This document shows positions 33,034-42,063 of a stretch of 64,000 bases of DNA, one piece after another. A program made the position numbers and the translations under genes. Where the stretch lies: NCBI GenBank assembly GCA_963842525.1, contig CAWJGT010000009.1, forward strand, positions 544,001-608,000, in the 5' to 3' direction. The notes under the pieces are model-generated. The model saw only the letters and a list, made by a program, of their open reading frames with translations, had not been told where the DNA came from and did no database searches. The stretch comes from an uncultured Holophagales bacterium (GTDB lineage: Bacteria; Acidobacteriota; Thermoanaerobaculia; Multivoradales; UBA5704). Position 1 is the first letter of the stretch. Every line of letters begins with the position of its first letter.

Positions 33034-34416
33034 GATGGAACCTCGCTGCCCTCGGCGCGATGGCGCCGGCCTGCGGATTCGGGCGGATCGTTGCAGCAGC
33101 GTATGGACAGGTCCCAGGCTGCCAGGCGGTCGCCGCTGAACCGGAACATCCGCCATAGAAACGAGGCGAGTTCTCTCTCGAGCCGTCTGAGGTCCTCTGG
33201 GGGGTCGGCCTTGCCGAGCCGGTGAAACACGCGGCGGGCGAGGGGCAGATCCTGCCGGCCTTCGAGAGCCGTCTCGAGCTTCTGCCTCCAGAAGCCTGAT
33301 CCCTTTTGTCTCCCCGGCCTTGATCAGCTCCAGTCCCAGATCGAGAGAGACCAGGATCGCCTCCGGCAGGAGCCCGTCGGCGAGCACTTGCCGGCGGACC
33401 GCGTCCAGCAGGGCGAGAGCCTCCGGATCGCCGAGGAGGGCGGCGGCTTTGGCTTCCATCCAGGCAATCCAGGACAGCTCGCGGGCATCCTGGGCCTGGG
33501 TCCGGCCCCGGAGGCAGCGGCTCTCCTCCAGCGTGCGCCGGGCCCGTCGCTCCTGTCCCAGATCGGCCTGGCACAGTGCCAGGGCGGCCTCTGCGCGCGC
33601 CGCGAGAGCCAGGCGGCGCTCTGTCGAGATCAGAACCCGGCCGCGCAGGAGCGGACCGGCGGCCCGCTCCGAGTCTCCCTGTTCCGTCAAGAGGAGGCCA
33701 AGCAGGAGGAGGGAGACCCCTTCCTCGTCGGAGAGCCCCTGGCTCGCGAACGATTCCGCGCTGCGGCGCAAGAGGGCGGCCGCCTCCTCCAGCCGTCCCC
33801 GTTGCCAGCGGAGCACTCCTTGAGCCTGGCAGAAGCGGGGCCGGTCGGAAGACTCGAAGGGCACCGTGAGATAAAAGGCCTCCTCGTTGAAACACATCTC
33901 CGCCGTGTCAGCGTCTCGCCGCAAGATCTGACGAGCCATGCCGGCGAGGTACCAGGCACGGCTCAACAGCATCGCGAGCACCCGTTGGTCCTGCCCGTCC
34001 GGGAGCCAGGCCCCGAGGTCGATCGCCAGGAGCGCGGCCTCTTCGGCCTGCTCGGGCGCTCTGGGCAACAGCTCCCGGCTCGCCTCCACCAGCAGGCCCA
34101 AGAGGTCCAGGCGGTGAAAGCGGGCCTCGCGAACCACCTCGGTGCGGCGCTTCGGCTTCAGGCGCAACAGCTCGCCGCGCAGCTCTTCGGCGTCCGGGCT
34201 GCCATGGTGCAGCCATTCGAGGACCTCGATCTCGAAGCTCTGCCCCTGGCACGGTGCCGGGACGACTCGTCGTCCCTCTGTCCGCTCCAGCAGCCGCACC
34301 AGCGCCTCATCGCGGCACTCCGCGCAGGAGAGCAGATGCAGGAACGCCGGCTGCCCTTCCGCAGGCAAGCCGGCGAGGAGCTGCTGTACTTCTTTCTCAT
34401 ACGAGGGGTTTCTCAT
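33030..34416 (-). CDS. zinc-finger (HxxxCxxC) plus TPR-like helical repeat protein (frameshift ~33260)
   Basis: HLLSCAEC near the N-terminus; Ala/Leu helical repeats; C-terminus in ORF 33030..33230. Confidence 0.7.
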
Positions 34417-34561
34417 CTCACGGCCTCCCGTCCTCTCATCCGCCGCCAGCATAGGGGCGTCCCGGCCGGCCGGTGCCGGAGAAAGGCCGAAAGCCGCGAA
34501 TTGCGGCCCGAGTGGTCCTTTTTCCGCTCCCGGGTGACCGCGCGCCGCGAGGGTTATCCCC

Positions 34562-34592
34562 AGGTGTCACGCTTTTGCCCGGCTGGACACCT
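34562..34592. promoter_or_regulatory. inverted repeat, candidate operator between the divergent TPR genes
   Basis: AGGTGTC-N17-GACACCT. Confidence 0.4.
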
Positions 34593-34625
34593 CTTTCTAC
34601 CGGAAGCATTTCGAGGAGGACCGAA

Positions 34626-36089
34626 ATGGCGCGCAAGGAGACTCCGCCTCCGTTGGGTGCAGTGCTGCGGTTCCTGCGGTTCGGCTATGGCTGGAGCGAG
34701 GAGGAGCTGGCGGAAGCGCTCGGCGTCAGCCCGAGCCTGATCTCCCGCTACGAACGGAAGGGGCTCCGCCGCGAGCGCCTGGAGGAGCTGCTCGCCGTCA
34801 TGGACGTGCCGGTCGAGTCGATCGACGCGGCCCTCTTCGCCCTGGAGCTTGGCCGCCTGCCGGAAGGCTCGGGCTCGCCCGTGGACCCCACTCCGGCGCA
34901 GCGGCGGAGCATCCATCGGGCCGCTGCGGTGGCCGGCTGGAACGCCGCCAAGGCCACCCTTGCCCGGCTCACGGCGAACCTCCGGCGCATCCGCGCGGAC
35001 CGTGCCTGCCGCCGGGCCAGGGAGCTGGTCGAGGCTCTGAAGAAGATGGCGCCGCAGGAACGGCGGAAGGCGGTCGAGACCGAGCGGAAATACTGGAGCC
35101 CGATGGTGGCGGTGGAGCTGTGTGAAGAAAGTATCCGGGCCGCCGCCCACCAGGCGAAGCGGGCGTTGGAGCTGGCCGGCTTGGCGCTGCGTGTAGCCGA
35201 GTTCCTCCCCGTCGCCAAGGCGTTGCGCGAGCTCGTCCAGGGGTTCTGCTGGGCGTTCGTTGGCAACGCGCGGAGAGTCCAGGGCGACCTGCGTGGCGCG
35301 GAAGAGGCTTTCCTCCATTCCGACCGCCTGTGGGAAGCCGGCGGGCCTGCTGATCCGGAGCTGTTCGACGGCGCGCGCCTGCTTGATCTGAAGGCGTCGC
35401 TGCGCAGCTATCAAGGCCGTCTCCAAGAGGCCGTCGTCCTTCTCGATCAGGCTTTCACAGGAAGCCAGTCAGAGGGAAGCAGGGCGCGGATCCTGGTCAA
35501 GAAAGCGATCGCCCTGAGGTTCCTGGGAGCCTACGAGCGGGCCCTCGCAGTGACTCGGCAGGCGGAGTCCCTGATCGACCGGAGCGAGGACCCTCGATTC
35601 CCCTGGCTCGTCCAGTTCAATCGGACGATCAATCTTTGGCATCTGGAACGGCACCCGGAAGCTGCAGAGCTGATGCCAGGAGTATGGGAGTCGGTGGCCG
35701 ATCTGGGCAACGAGCTCGACCTTCAGCGATCTCTCTGGCTGGACGCGAGGGTCAAGAGCGGACTGGGGAAGGACCAGGAGGCTCTGCCCGCTCTTGAGCA
35801 GGTGCAGCGTTACTTCACCGTCAAGCAGATCGCCTACGACGCGGCCCTGGCCAGCCTGGAAGTTTCGGAGCTATTGCTGGAGCAGGGGCGCACGGCCGAG
35901 GTCAGGGTGCTCGCCGAACAGATGTACTGGATCTTCAAGAACCAGCAGGTCCAGGAGGAAGCCCTCAGGGCACTGGGGGTTTTCTGCGAGGCGGCCCGGC
36001 AGGAAACCGCGACGGTCGGCCTGACGCGACAGGTCCGCGATTTCCTCCTCCGGGCGCAACATGACCCCAGGCTCCGGTTCGAGCCGTGA
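34626..36089 (+). CDS. XRE-HTH plus TPR transcriptional regulator (RRNPP-like architecture)
   Basis: GAGGAGG RBS; HTH LRFGYGWSEEELAEALGVSPSLISRYE; TPR-like GNARRVQGDLRGAEEAF. Confidence 0.85.
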   Translation: MARKETPPPLGAVLRFLRFGYGWSEEELAEALGVSPSLISRYERKGLRRERLEELLAVMDVPVESIDAALFALELGRLPEGSGSPVDPTPAQRRSIHRAAAVAGWNAAKATLARLTANLRRIRADRACRRARELVEALKKMAPQERRKAVETERKYWSPMVAVELCEESIRAAAHQAKRALELAGLALRVAEFLPVAKALRELVQGFCWAFVGNARRVQGDLRGAEEAFLHSDRLWEAGGPADPELFDGARLLDLKASLRSYQGRLQEAVVLLDQAFTGSQSEGSRARILVKKAIALRFLGAYERALAVTRQAESLIDRSEDPRFPWLVQFNRTINLWHLERHPEAAELMPGVWESVADLGNELDLQRSLWLDARVKSGLGKDQEALPALEQVQRYFTVKQIAYDAALASLEVSELLLEQGRTAEVRVLAEQMYWIFKNQQVQEEALRALGVFCEAARQETATVGLTRQVRDFLLRAQHDPRLRFEP

Positions 36090-36093
36090 AAGG

Positions 36094-36125
36094 GCGTAGG
36101 GACGCGGTCCCCTGCATCCCTACGC
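36094..36125. repeat. GTAG-flanked hairpin (REP-like or terminator) between convergent genes
   Basis: GCGTAGGGACGCGG-TCCC-CTGCATCCCTACGC. Confidence 0.55.
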
Positions 36126-36136
36126 TACAGCGGACA

Positions 36137-36460
36137 CTATCCAATGCAACGGCCGTTCGGGTCGGCCTCGCAGCCGTTGTCGCTCGTTGTGGCTGTACCC
36201 TGGCCTGCCAGGCAGTGGCCGTCCGGGTCAGCGCTGCAGCCGTTGTCGCCCGTTGCGGCTGCGCCCTGGCTCACCAGGCAACGGCCGCTGGGGTCGACCT
36301 CGCAGCCGTTGTCGCTCCAGAGACCGGTCAGCAGACTCCAGAGGCTGACAAGGAGGCCCGGGCGAGGCTCGGCTCCGGCCGCGGGTGCAGCCGAAAGGAC
36401 AGGTACCGCGAGGGTGGCGGCAAGGACGAAGACGAGGGCAAGTCGGACCAGACGAGGCAT
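36137..36460 (-). CDS. secreted peptide precursor with three DNGCxxDPxGxC cores
   Basis: AAAAGGAG RBS; signal peptide; 66-bp repeats encoding DNGCEVDPSGRC, DNGCSADPDGHC and DNGCEADPNGRC. Confidence 0.8.
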   Translation of the reverse strand: MPRLVRLALVFVLAATLAVPVLSAAPAAGAEPRPGLLVSLWSLLTGLWSDNGCEVDPSGRCLVSQGAAATGDNGCSADPDGHCLAGQGTATTSDNGCEADPNGRCIG

Positions 36461-36513
36461 GAGCGGCTCCTTTTGGCGGAAAGCGCACCGGGCGGCCCCC
36501 GTGGCCGCGCGGG

Positions 36514-36533
36514 CGTCCCCGGCAATAGAGTGC
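36514..36533 (-). promoter_or_regulatory. conserved motif upstream of DPxG peptide gene 1
   Basis: GCACTCTATTGCCGGGGACG, 17/20 identical to 57116-57135. Confidence 0.6.
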
Positions 36534-36600
36534 CAGGAATCGGGTATGGAAATTCACCCCACGAGCCGCAAGGCGCGGCTCGAACCCTGAGGAGGGATGC

Positions 36601-37422
36601 ATGGCGAGACCAGGAGACCCGGCCGACCTGAGGCTGATCGTGATCTTCCTCCGCTCGCTGCGGAAGTGGACCCAGGAGAAGCTCCATGAGGAGTCCGGCG
36701 TCGACCGGGGGCTGATCTCCGACTATGAGCTGGGGGAGAAGGCGCCGACGCGCAGGACCCTCGAACGGCTGACCGTGGCGGTCGGACTGCCGTATTCCTT
36801 TGTCGAGCGGTTGCTGCCGGTCTTCCGGGAGGCCCGCCGCGCCATGGAAACCCGGCCGGCCGGCCGGGGCACGGCGGCGCCTGAAGCGCCCGCGAGCCTG
36901 GAGGAAGACCTGGGCAAGGCGATCCTCGACGCCGTGCTCCCAAGTCTGACGCACCATCTAATGGAGCTCGAGATCCTGGTGAACGGGGCGGATGACGACG
37001 AGGCGGCGCAGAGGCCCGAGGACCGCCTCGTGGCGGTGGAGCTGTGGGCGGGCCTGAAGGACCGCACGCCGCGCGACCGGCGACGGGCCCTCGAAGCCGA
37101 CCGGAAATACTGGACCTGGGCGGTCGCAGAGCGGCTGGCCCTGGAAAGTGAGCTGGCTGCGGCCCACGAGGCCAGGCGGGCCCTGGAGCTGGCCCGCCGG
37201 GCCCTGCGCGTGGCCGAGCTCGCGCCCGGCACCCAGGCCTCCCGGAGCCGCACCCAGGGATTCTGCTGGGGGTTCCTGGCGAAAGCCCGGCGTGCCCTGG
37301 GAGACCTGCCCGGCGCCGAACAGGCCATCCTCGAATCCGACCGTCTATGGGAAGCCGGAGCCGCCGATCCGGGATTGCTCGACGGCGCGCGCTTGGCCGA
37401 CCTGAATTCGGCGTTGTCGTAA
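36601..37422 (+). CDS. XRE-HTH plus short/truncated TPR regulator, paralog of 34626..36089
   Basis: HTH WTQEKLHEESGVDRGLISDYE; shared segments RKYW, RALELA, QGFCW.F, GDL.GAE and SDRLWEAG..DP.L.DGARL.DL. Confidence 0.8.
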   Translation: MARPGDPADLRLIVIFLRSLRKWTQEKLHEESGVDRGLISDYELGEKAPTRRTLERLTVAVGLPYSFVERLLPVFREARRAMETRPAGRGTAAPEAPASLEEDLGKAILDAVLPSLTHHLMELEILVNGADDDEAAQRPEDRLVAVELWAGLKDRTPRDRRRALEADRKYWTWAVAERLALESELAAAHEARRALELARRALRVAELAPGTQASRSRTQGFCWGFLAKARRALGDLPGAEQAILESDRLWEAGAADPGLLDGARLADLNSALS

Positions 37423-37425
37423 GAA

Positions 37426-37466
37426 GGCCGGCAAGGATGCCGGCGCTCCCAGCGGAGTCCTGGGAG
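37426..37466. repeat. REP-like palindrome
   Basis: GCCGGCAAGGATGCCGGC followed by GCTCCCAG...CTGGGAGC. Confidence 0.55.
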
Positions 37467-37491
37467 CCCGTTCAGGTTGGGCAGCCGTAGC

Positions 37492-38046
37492 CTACCCGCC
37501 CAGCACCGCCTTTTTGAAGTCCTTCCCGGGGGCGGGATCGGGGCCGATCCAGGTGGCGAGGATGGCGTCGGCCGTGGGCTTGCCGGGGAGCGTGCCCTTG
37601 ACCTTGCCGCCGACCTCGACCTGGGTGCCCTCGCCCGGCAGGTAGGTCAGCACCAGCTTCTGGCCCTTGCCGACCCCGTCCATCCAACCGCAGAGGGTGG
37701 CGAAATTCTTCTTGACCTCGGCCGAGGCTTTCGGGGTGTTGTCTTCCAGCCCGTCGTTCCAGGCCTCGCACATCTGGTCCTTGCTCACGTCGTAGATGAA
37801 GTGCAGCACCATACGGCGGGGGGTATCGGCGGCGAGGACCTTCTCGGCCGACTTCTCCTTCTGGGGGAGGTAGAGCCCGCCGACATAGACCTTGATGATG
37901 AGCTTCGTCCGCAGGCCCATCCCGTTGAGGACGAGCTTCTGGCCGTTCACCTCCACCTGATCGGGGAGGGTGACGCCGGCCAGGGTGCCGGCGATGGCGG
38001 ACGTGGCCAGGAGCAGGACGAACAGGGCGATCGGCAGCCTTCGCAT
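37492..38046 (-). CDS. secreted chalcone isomerase-like family protein
   Basis: Signal peptide; LVLNGMGLR.K..IKVYVGGLYL and IWIG/TWIG..P motif. Confidence 0.82.
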   Translation of the reverse strand: MRRLPIALFVLLLATSAIAGTLAGVTLPDQVEVNGQKLVLNGMGLRTKLIIKVYVGGLYLPQKEKSAEKVLAADTPRRMVLHFIYDVSKDQMCEAWNDGLEDNTPKASAEVKKNFATLCGWMDGVGKGQKLVLTYLPGEGTQVEVGGKVKGTLPGKPTADAILATWIGPDPAPGKDFKKAVLGG

Positions 38047-38126
38047 TGTAGAGTTCCTCCAGGATCGTTCGTAGACGGAACGTCGCTGGAGGGAAGTTTA
38101 ATTCCGCTTGCCGTATCCATGGAATC

Positions 38127-38729
38127 ATGAAGACCGATGCCGAGCTGGTGGCGAGCGCGCTCAAGGGCTCGCAGGAGGCGTTCCGCGAGCTCGTGGTGCG
38201 CTTCGAGCGCCCGGTCTACAGCCTGGTGGTGCGCATGGTCCAGGACCCGGGCTTGGCCGAGGACCTGGCCCAGGAGGTCTTTTTCAAGGCCTACCGCCGG
38301 CTCGACACCTACGATCCAGTGCGCAAGTTCTCGAGCTGGCTGTTCAAGATCGCGCACAACACCACCATCGACCACCTGCGGCGGCATGCGCCGGAGACGG
38401 TCCCGCTGGAGCCGGACGGGAAGGGCGACGACCGCGGAAGCCTTGCCGCGGTGCTGGCGGACACCTCCACGGAGGACCCGTCGGCTGCGGCAGAGCGCCG
38501 GGACATGGCAAGATCCCTGGAGCGCGCGATCGCCCGCCTGCGGCCCGAATACCGGGAGCTGGTGGTGCTCTTCTATGTGGAAGGGGCTTCGTACCAGGAC
38601 CTGTGCGACGCCACCGGGCTGCCTCTCGGGACCGTGAAGACGAACCTCCACCGGGCGCGCAAGGAGCTCGCCCACGAGATGGCGGCCCAGGGATGGGGGC
38701 CAGAAACCCGGAGCGCGCCGGCCTCGTAA
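38127..38729 (+). CDS. ECF RNA polymerase sigma factor (SigW/RpoE-like)
   Basis: AEDLAQEVF, FSSWLFKIAHN and GTVKTNLHRAR. Confidence 0.92.
   Translation: MKTDAELVASALKGSQEAFRELVVRFERPVYSLVVRMVQDPGLAEDLAQEVFFKAYRRLDTYDPVRKFSSWLFKIAHNTTIDHLRRHAPETVPLEPDGKGDDRGSLAAVLADTSTEDPSAAAERRDMARSLERAIARLRPEYRELVVLFYVEGASYQDLCDATGLPLGTVKTNLHRARKELAHEMAAQGWGPETRSAPAS
38703..38729 (+). promoter_or_regulatory. ECF-type promoter inside the sigma gene 3' end
   Basis: GAAAC-N17-CGTAA ending at the sigma stop codon. Confidence 0.45.
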
Positions 38730-38754
38730 GGCGAGGCGAAGGAGAAAGAACCGA

Positions 38755-39297
38755 ATGCGTCCCTCTCAGCAAGACCTCCTGGCCCGCTGGCTCGCCGCCG
38801 AGCGGGACGACCGCGCGGACGAAGCCGAGGCCGCGCTGCTCGCCCTGTTCGAGGAGCTGCCGCGTCCGGCGCCGCTGCCCGGGTTTGCCGACCGGGTCCT
38901 GGCGCGGACGGGTCTGGGGTTCATCGCAGCGCCGGTCCAGAGGAGCCTGTTCGCATCCCGCTGGCGACGTGTCGTGCTCGCGCTCGCCCTGGTGGCGACC
39001 GGCCTGTCGCTGTTCTGGCTGCCGGCGACCCTGACCGCACTGGCGGGCCTGTGGAGCTTCGGCGATCTCATCCAGCTCTCGACGGCCCTCTTCGCGAGCG
39101 CTGCCGAGGGCTTTGCCGAGCTCGCCGCCTTCGGGGACTGGCTGCTGACGCTGGGAATCTCTCTGGCGAGCCTGCTCGCGACGCCCACTGTGGCCGGGAT
39201 CATGATCGTCTGCCTCGTGGTGTCGACAGTTGCGTTCCGCTTTCTCCGCGACCTCATCACACGAGAGAGGAGTTGGATCCATGTGGAACCTATCTGA
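38755..39297 (+). CDS. putative membrane anti-sigma factor
   Basis: P.PGFADRVLAR motif plus TM helices, directly after the ECF gene. Confidence 0.65.
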   Translation: MRPSQQDLLARWLAAERDDRADEAEAALLALFEELPRPAPLPGFADRVLARTGLGFIAAPVQRSLFASRWRRVVLALALVATGLSLFWLPATLTALAGLWSFGDLIQLSTALFASAAEGFAELAAFGDWLLTLGISLASLLATPTVAGIMIVCLVVSTVAFRFLRDLITRERSWIHVEPI

Positions 39298-40894
39298 TCG
39301 ATGGAACCGGTGGGGGCTCGGAGCCCGGTGGCTCCGGGTCCTGGCGGTCCTCCTCGCCCTGGCCCTGCCCGGGGCGGAGCGGGCTGCCCTGGCACAACCC
39401 GAAGCGACAGCGTCGCGGCAGGAGCTGCGCGACGCTCTCGAGGAAAGATATGAGGTGCTCCCCCTCCAGGACGGCCTCGTGCTGCGCCCGCGCGAGTCGG
39501 AGCGTGGGGTGCGCACGATCGAGCTGAGCGACGGCACGGTCGCCATCAACGGCCAGCCGGTGAACGAGACGGTCGTCCGCGACTGGCTGGGCGAGGACGC
39601 GGGCCCGGTCCTCCAGCTCTGGCGCCTGCAGCCCGGCGAGCGGCGGGCCCTGTTCGACCTGCAGGCAGGCCGGGGGGGCGCGACGAGCGCGCCTCCTGCT
39701 TCCGAAGACACCCTCTCTGCCGAGGAGACGCCCGCGACGGAGGAGCCATCGACGACCGGCGAGAGCGAGATCCCGGACGTGCCCGAGGCACCCGAGACGC
39801 CGGAGGAGCCCGACTACGTCCGGTCCGACAGGACCTCTTCCGGCGGCCGCGTGAGGGTCTTCGGCAGCATCTCCGTGGAGAAGGGCGAGGTGGTCCGGGA
39901 GGCCGTCGCCGTGCTGGGCTCGGCCCGCATCGACGGCGAGGTGCTCGGCGACGTCGTGGCGGTCGGCGGCTCGGTCGAGGTCAACGGCAAGGTCGGCGGC
40001 ACGGTGACGGCGGTGGGGGGCGGCGTCCGCCTGGGCCCCAACGCGGAGGTGATGCAGGACGTCACCAGCGTCGGCGGCTCCATCGAGCGCGAGGAGGGGG
40101 CCCGGGTCCACGGCCAGTCCGCCGAGGTCCCCCTGGCGCCGGGCCGCCGGGGCTGGGACCACGACGTCGAATTCTTCCCCTGGTCCGTCCTGGATGGGCC
40201 GACGAGCGTGTTCTGGGAGCTCATCAGCCTCCTGGTGCTCGGCCTGCTGGTCTGCCTCTGCCTGCTGATCGCACGGAGGAGCGTGGAGCGGGCGGACCAC
40301 ATCGTCGCCACCGAGCCCTGGATTGCGGGCCTCGTCGGATTCCTGGCGCAGCTTCTCTTCATCCCGCTGCTGGTCGTGGTGACGATCCTGCTGGCGATCA
40401 CGATCATCGGCTGCGCGCTCTTCCTCCTCTATCCGTTCCTGTTCATCGCCCTCCTCCTGGCGGCCCTGGTCGGCTACACCGCCGTGGCCTACCGCCTGGG
40501 CCGGGTCCTCGAGGCCCGTTTCGGGCGGAGCTTCGGCAGCGCCTACGGGGTCGCCATGATCGGTGTGGTGGCCATCCAGATCTGGGCGATCTTCTCCCAC
40601 CTGCTCGGCATCGGCGGCGGGCCGCTCGACTTCATCGCCTTCATCCTGCTGGCCTTCGGCGCGGCGGTGGAGTACGTGGCCTGGACCGTGGGCTTCGGCG
40701 CCGTCCTGCTCGCCTGGTTCCGGGGTCCCAACCGGTGGCGGCGGACCGCCGCGGCCCCTCCCATGCCGGTCGCTCCGGTCCCGCCGCTCCCCGGGCCTCC
40801 GGCCTATGCGGACCCCGGCCCGACTTATCCCTCCAGCCCTGAATCCCTCCCGCTCTCCGAGCGGTGGGAGGAGCCGCCCCCTCCCGAGCGGTAG
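39281..40894 (+). CDS. bactofilin-like (polymer-forming) beta-helix domain membrane protein
   Basis: Repeats such as GDVVAVGGSVEVNGKVGG, multi-TM C-terminus and Pro-rich tail. Confidence 0.7.
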   Translation: MWNLSDRWNRWGLGARWLRVLAVLLALALPGAERAALAQPEATASRQELRDALEERYEVLPLQDGLVLRPRESERGVRTIELSDGTVAINGQPVNETVVRDWLGEDAGPVLQLWRLQPGERRALFDLQAGRGGATSAPPASEDTLSAEETPATEEPSTTGESEIPDVPEAPETPEEPDYVRSDRTSSGGRVRVFGSISVEKGEVVREAVAVLGSARIDGEVLGDVVAVGGSVEVNGKVGGTVTAVGGGVRLGPNAEVMQDVTSVGGSIEREEGARVHGQSAEVPLAPGRRGWDHDVEFFPWSVLDGPTSVFWELISLLVLGLLVCLCLLIARRSVERADHIVATEPWIAGLVGFLAQLLFIPLLVVVTILLAITIIGCALFLLYPFLFIALLLAALVGYTAVAYRLGRVLEARFGRSFGSAYGVAMIGVVAIQIWAIFSHLLGIGGGPLDFIAFILLAFGAAVEYVAWTVGFGAVLLAWFRGPNRWRRTAAAPPMPVAPVPPLPGPPAYADPGPTYPSSPESLPLSERWEEPPPPER

Positions 40895-40950
40895 GATTGA
40901 AAACCACGCCCGCTCTCCGTATCGAACAGGAGAGCGGGCGTGGCGCTCTC

Positions 40951-42063
40951 ATGATCCTCCCCGTCGAAGAGATCCTCGCCGCCCCGGCCGGCGCTCCGCC
41001 CCCGGGCCCCCCGGGTCGTACCCTCGGCCGGTCGCGCGAAGGCCGGGACATCGTTGGCTGGCGCTTCGGGCACGGGGACCTGCACGTCAGCCTGATCGGC
41101 GGCTGCCACGCCGACGAGCCGGTGGGGCCGGCCATGCTGCGGCGGCTCGTGGACTGGCTGGCGGACCGCCCGGCCGGCGATCCCCTTCTGGAGGCGGCCA
41201 CCTGGTCCATCGTCCCGCACGTCAATCCGGACGGCGAGGCGCGCAATGCCATCTGGAGCGAGACGACCCGGCCGGCGGCCGACCATCTCGGGGCTCCGGA
41301 CCGCGTCTACGACCTCGCCCCCTACCTGCGCCACGTCGTGCGGGAGAGGCCGGGCGACGACATGGAGTTCGGGTTTCCCCGCGGCGGGGACGACGCGGGA
41401 GCCCGGCCCGAGAACCGTGCCGTGGCGGCGTTCCTGGCCGAGGCGGCGCCGTTCCACCTCCACGCCAGCTTCCACAGCATCGGCTTCGCGACCGGCCCCT
41501 GGTTCCTGATCGAGCCGGCCTGGGTGGAGCGCACCGGGGGGCTGCGCGAGGCACTCCGCGCGCGTGTCCGGCAGATGGGCTACCAGCTCTTCGACGTCGA
41601 CCGCGGAGGAGAGAAGGGCTTCCGCCGCGTCGACGAAGGGTTCTCGACCCGCCCGGACGCGCTCTCGATGCGGGCGTGGTTCGAGGCGCGGGGAGATCCG
41701 GAGACGGCGGCCCTCTTCCGGCCGAGCTCGATGGACTACGTCCGCTCGCTGGGCGGCGACCCCTTCACGATGGTTTCCGAGATGCCGCTCTTCCTGCGCC
41801 CGTTGGAGGAAGGAGAGACGGGGCGCCCCGACGACCCGCGCTTCCGCGCCTGGCACCAGCGGATGGCCGCCTGCCGCACCCCCGAGGAGCTGCGGGCCGC
41901 CGCCGCGCGGGGCGGCGTGCGGGGCATGCCGCTGCGCGATCAGATGCGGCTGCAGCTCGCCTTCCTGGACGAGGGCTTGAAGATGGTGGGAGTTATGCCG
42001 TGGCGGCCCGCGGCTGCTCTTCCTCGCCGGGGGTGTCGAGGATCGAGCGGACGGTCTGGGTGA
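40951..42063 (+). CDS. M14 family zinc carboxypeptidase-like protein
   Basis: GRSREGR, GGCHADEPVG (HxxE), PHVNPDG and ASFH. Confidence 0.78.
   Translation: MILPVEEILAAPAGAPPPGPPGRTLGRSREGRDIVGWRFGHGDLHVSLIGGCHADEPVGPAMLRRLVDWLADRPAGDPLLEAATWSIVPHVNPDGEARNAIWSETTRPAADHLGAPDRVYDLAPYLRHVVRERPGDDMEFGFPRGGDDAGARPENRAVAAFLAEAAPFHLHASFHSIGFATGPWFLIEPAWVERTGGLREALRARVRQMGYQLFDVDRGGEKGFRRVDEGFSTRPDALSMRAWFEARGDPETAALFRPSSMDYVRSLGGDPFTMVSEMPLFLRPLEEGETGRPDDPRFRAWHQRMAACRTPEELRAAAARGGVRGMPLRDQMRLQLAFLDEGLKMVGVMPWRPAAALPRRGCRGSSGRSG

Noticed and set aside
36521-36535. sigma-54 promoter (TGGCAC...TTGC) for the DPxG peptide gene
   Set aside because: GG-to-GC spacing is 9 rather than the required 10, and the second copy of the motif lacks TGGCAC.
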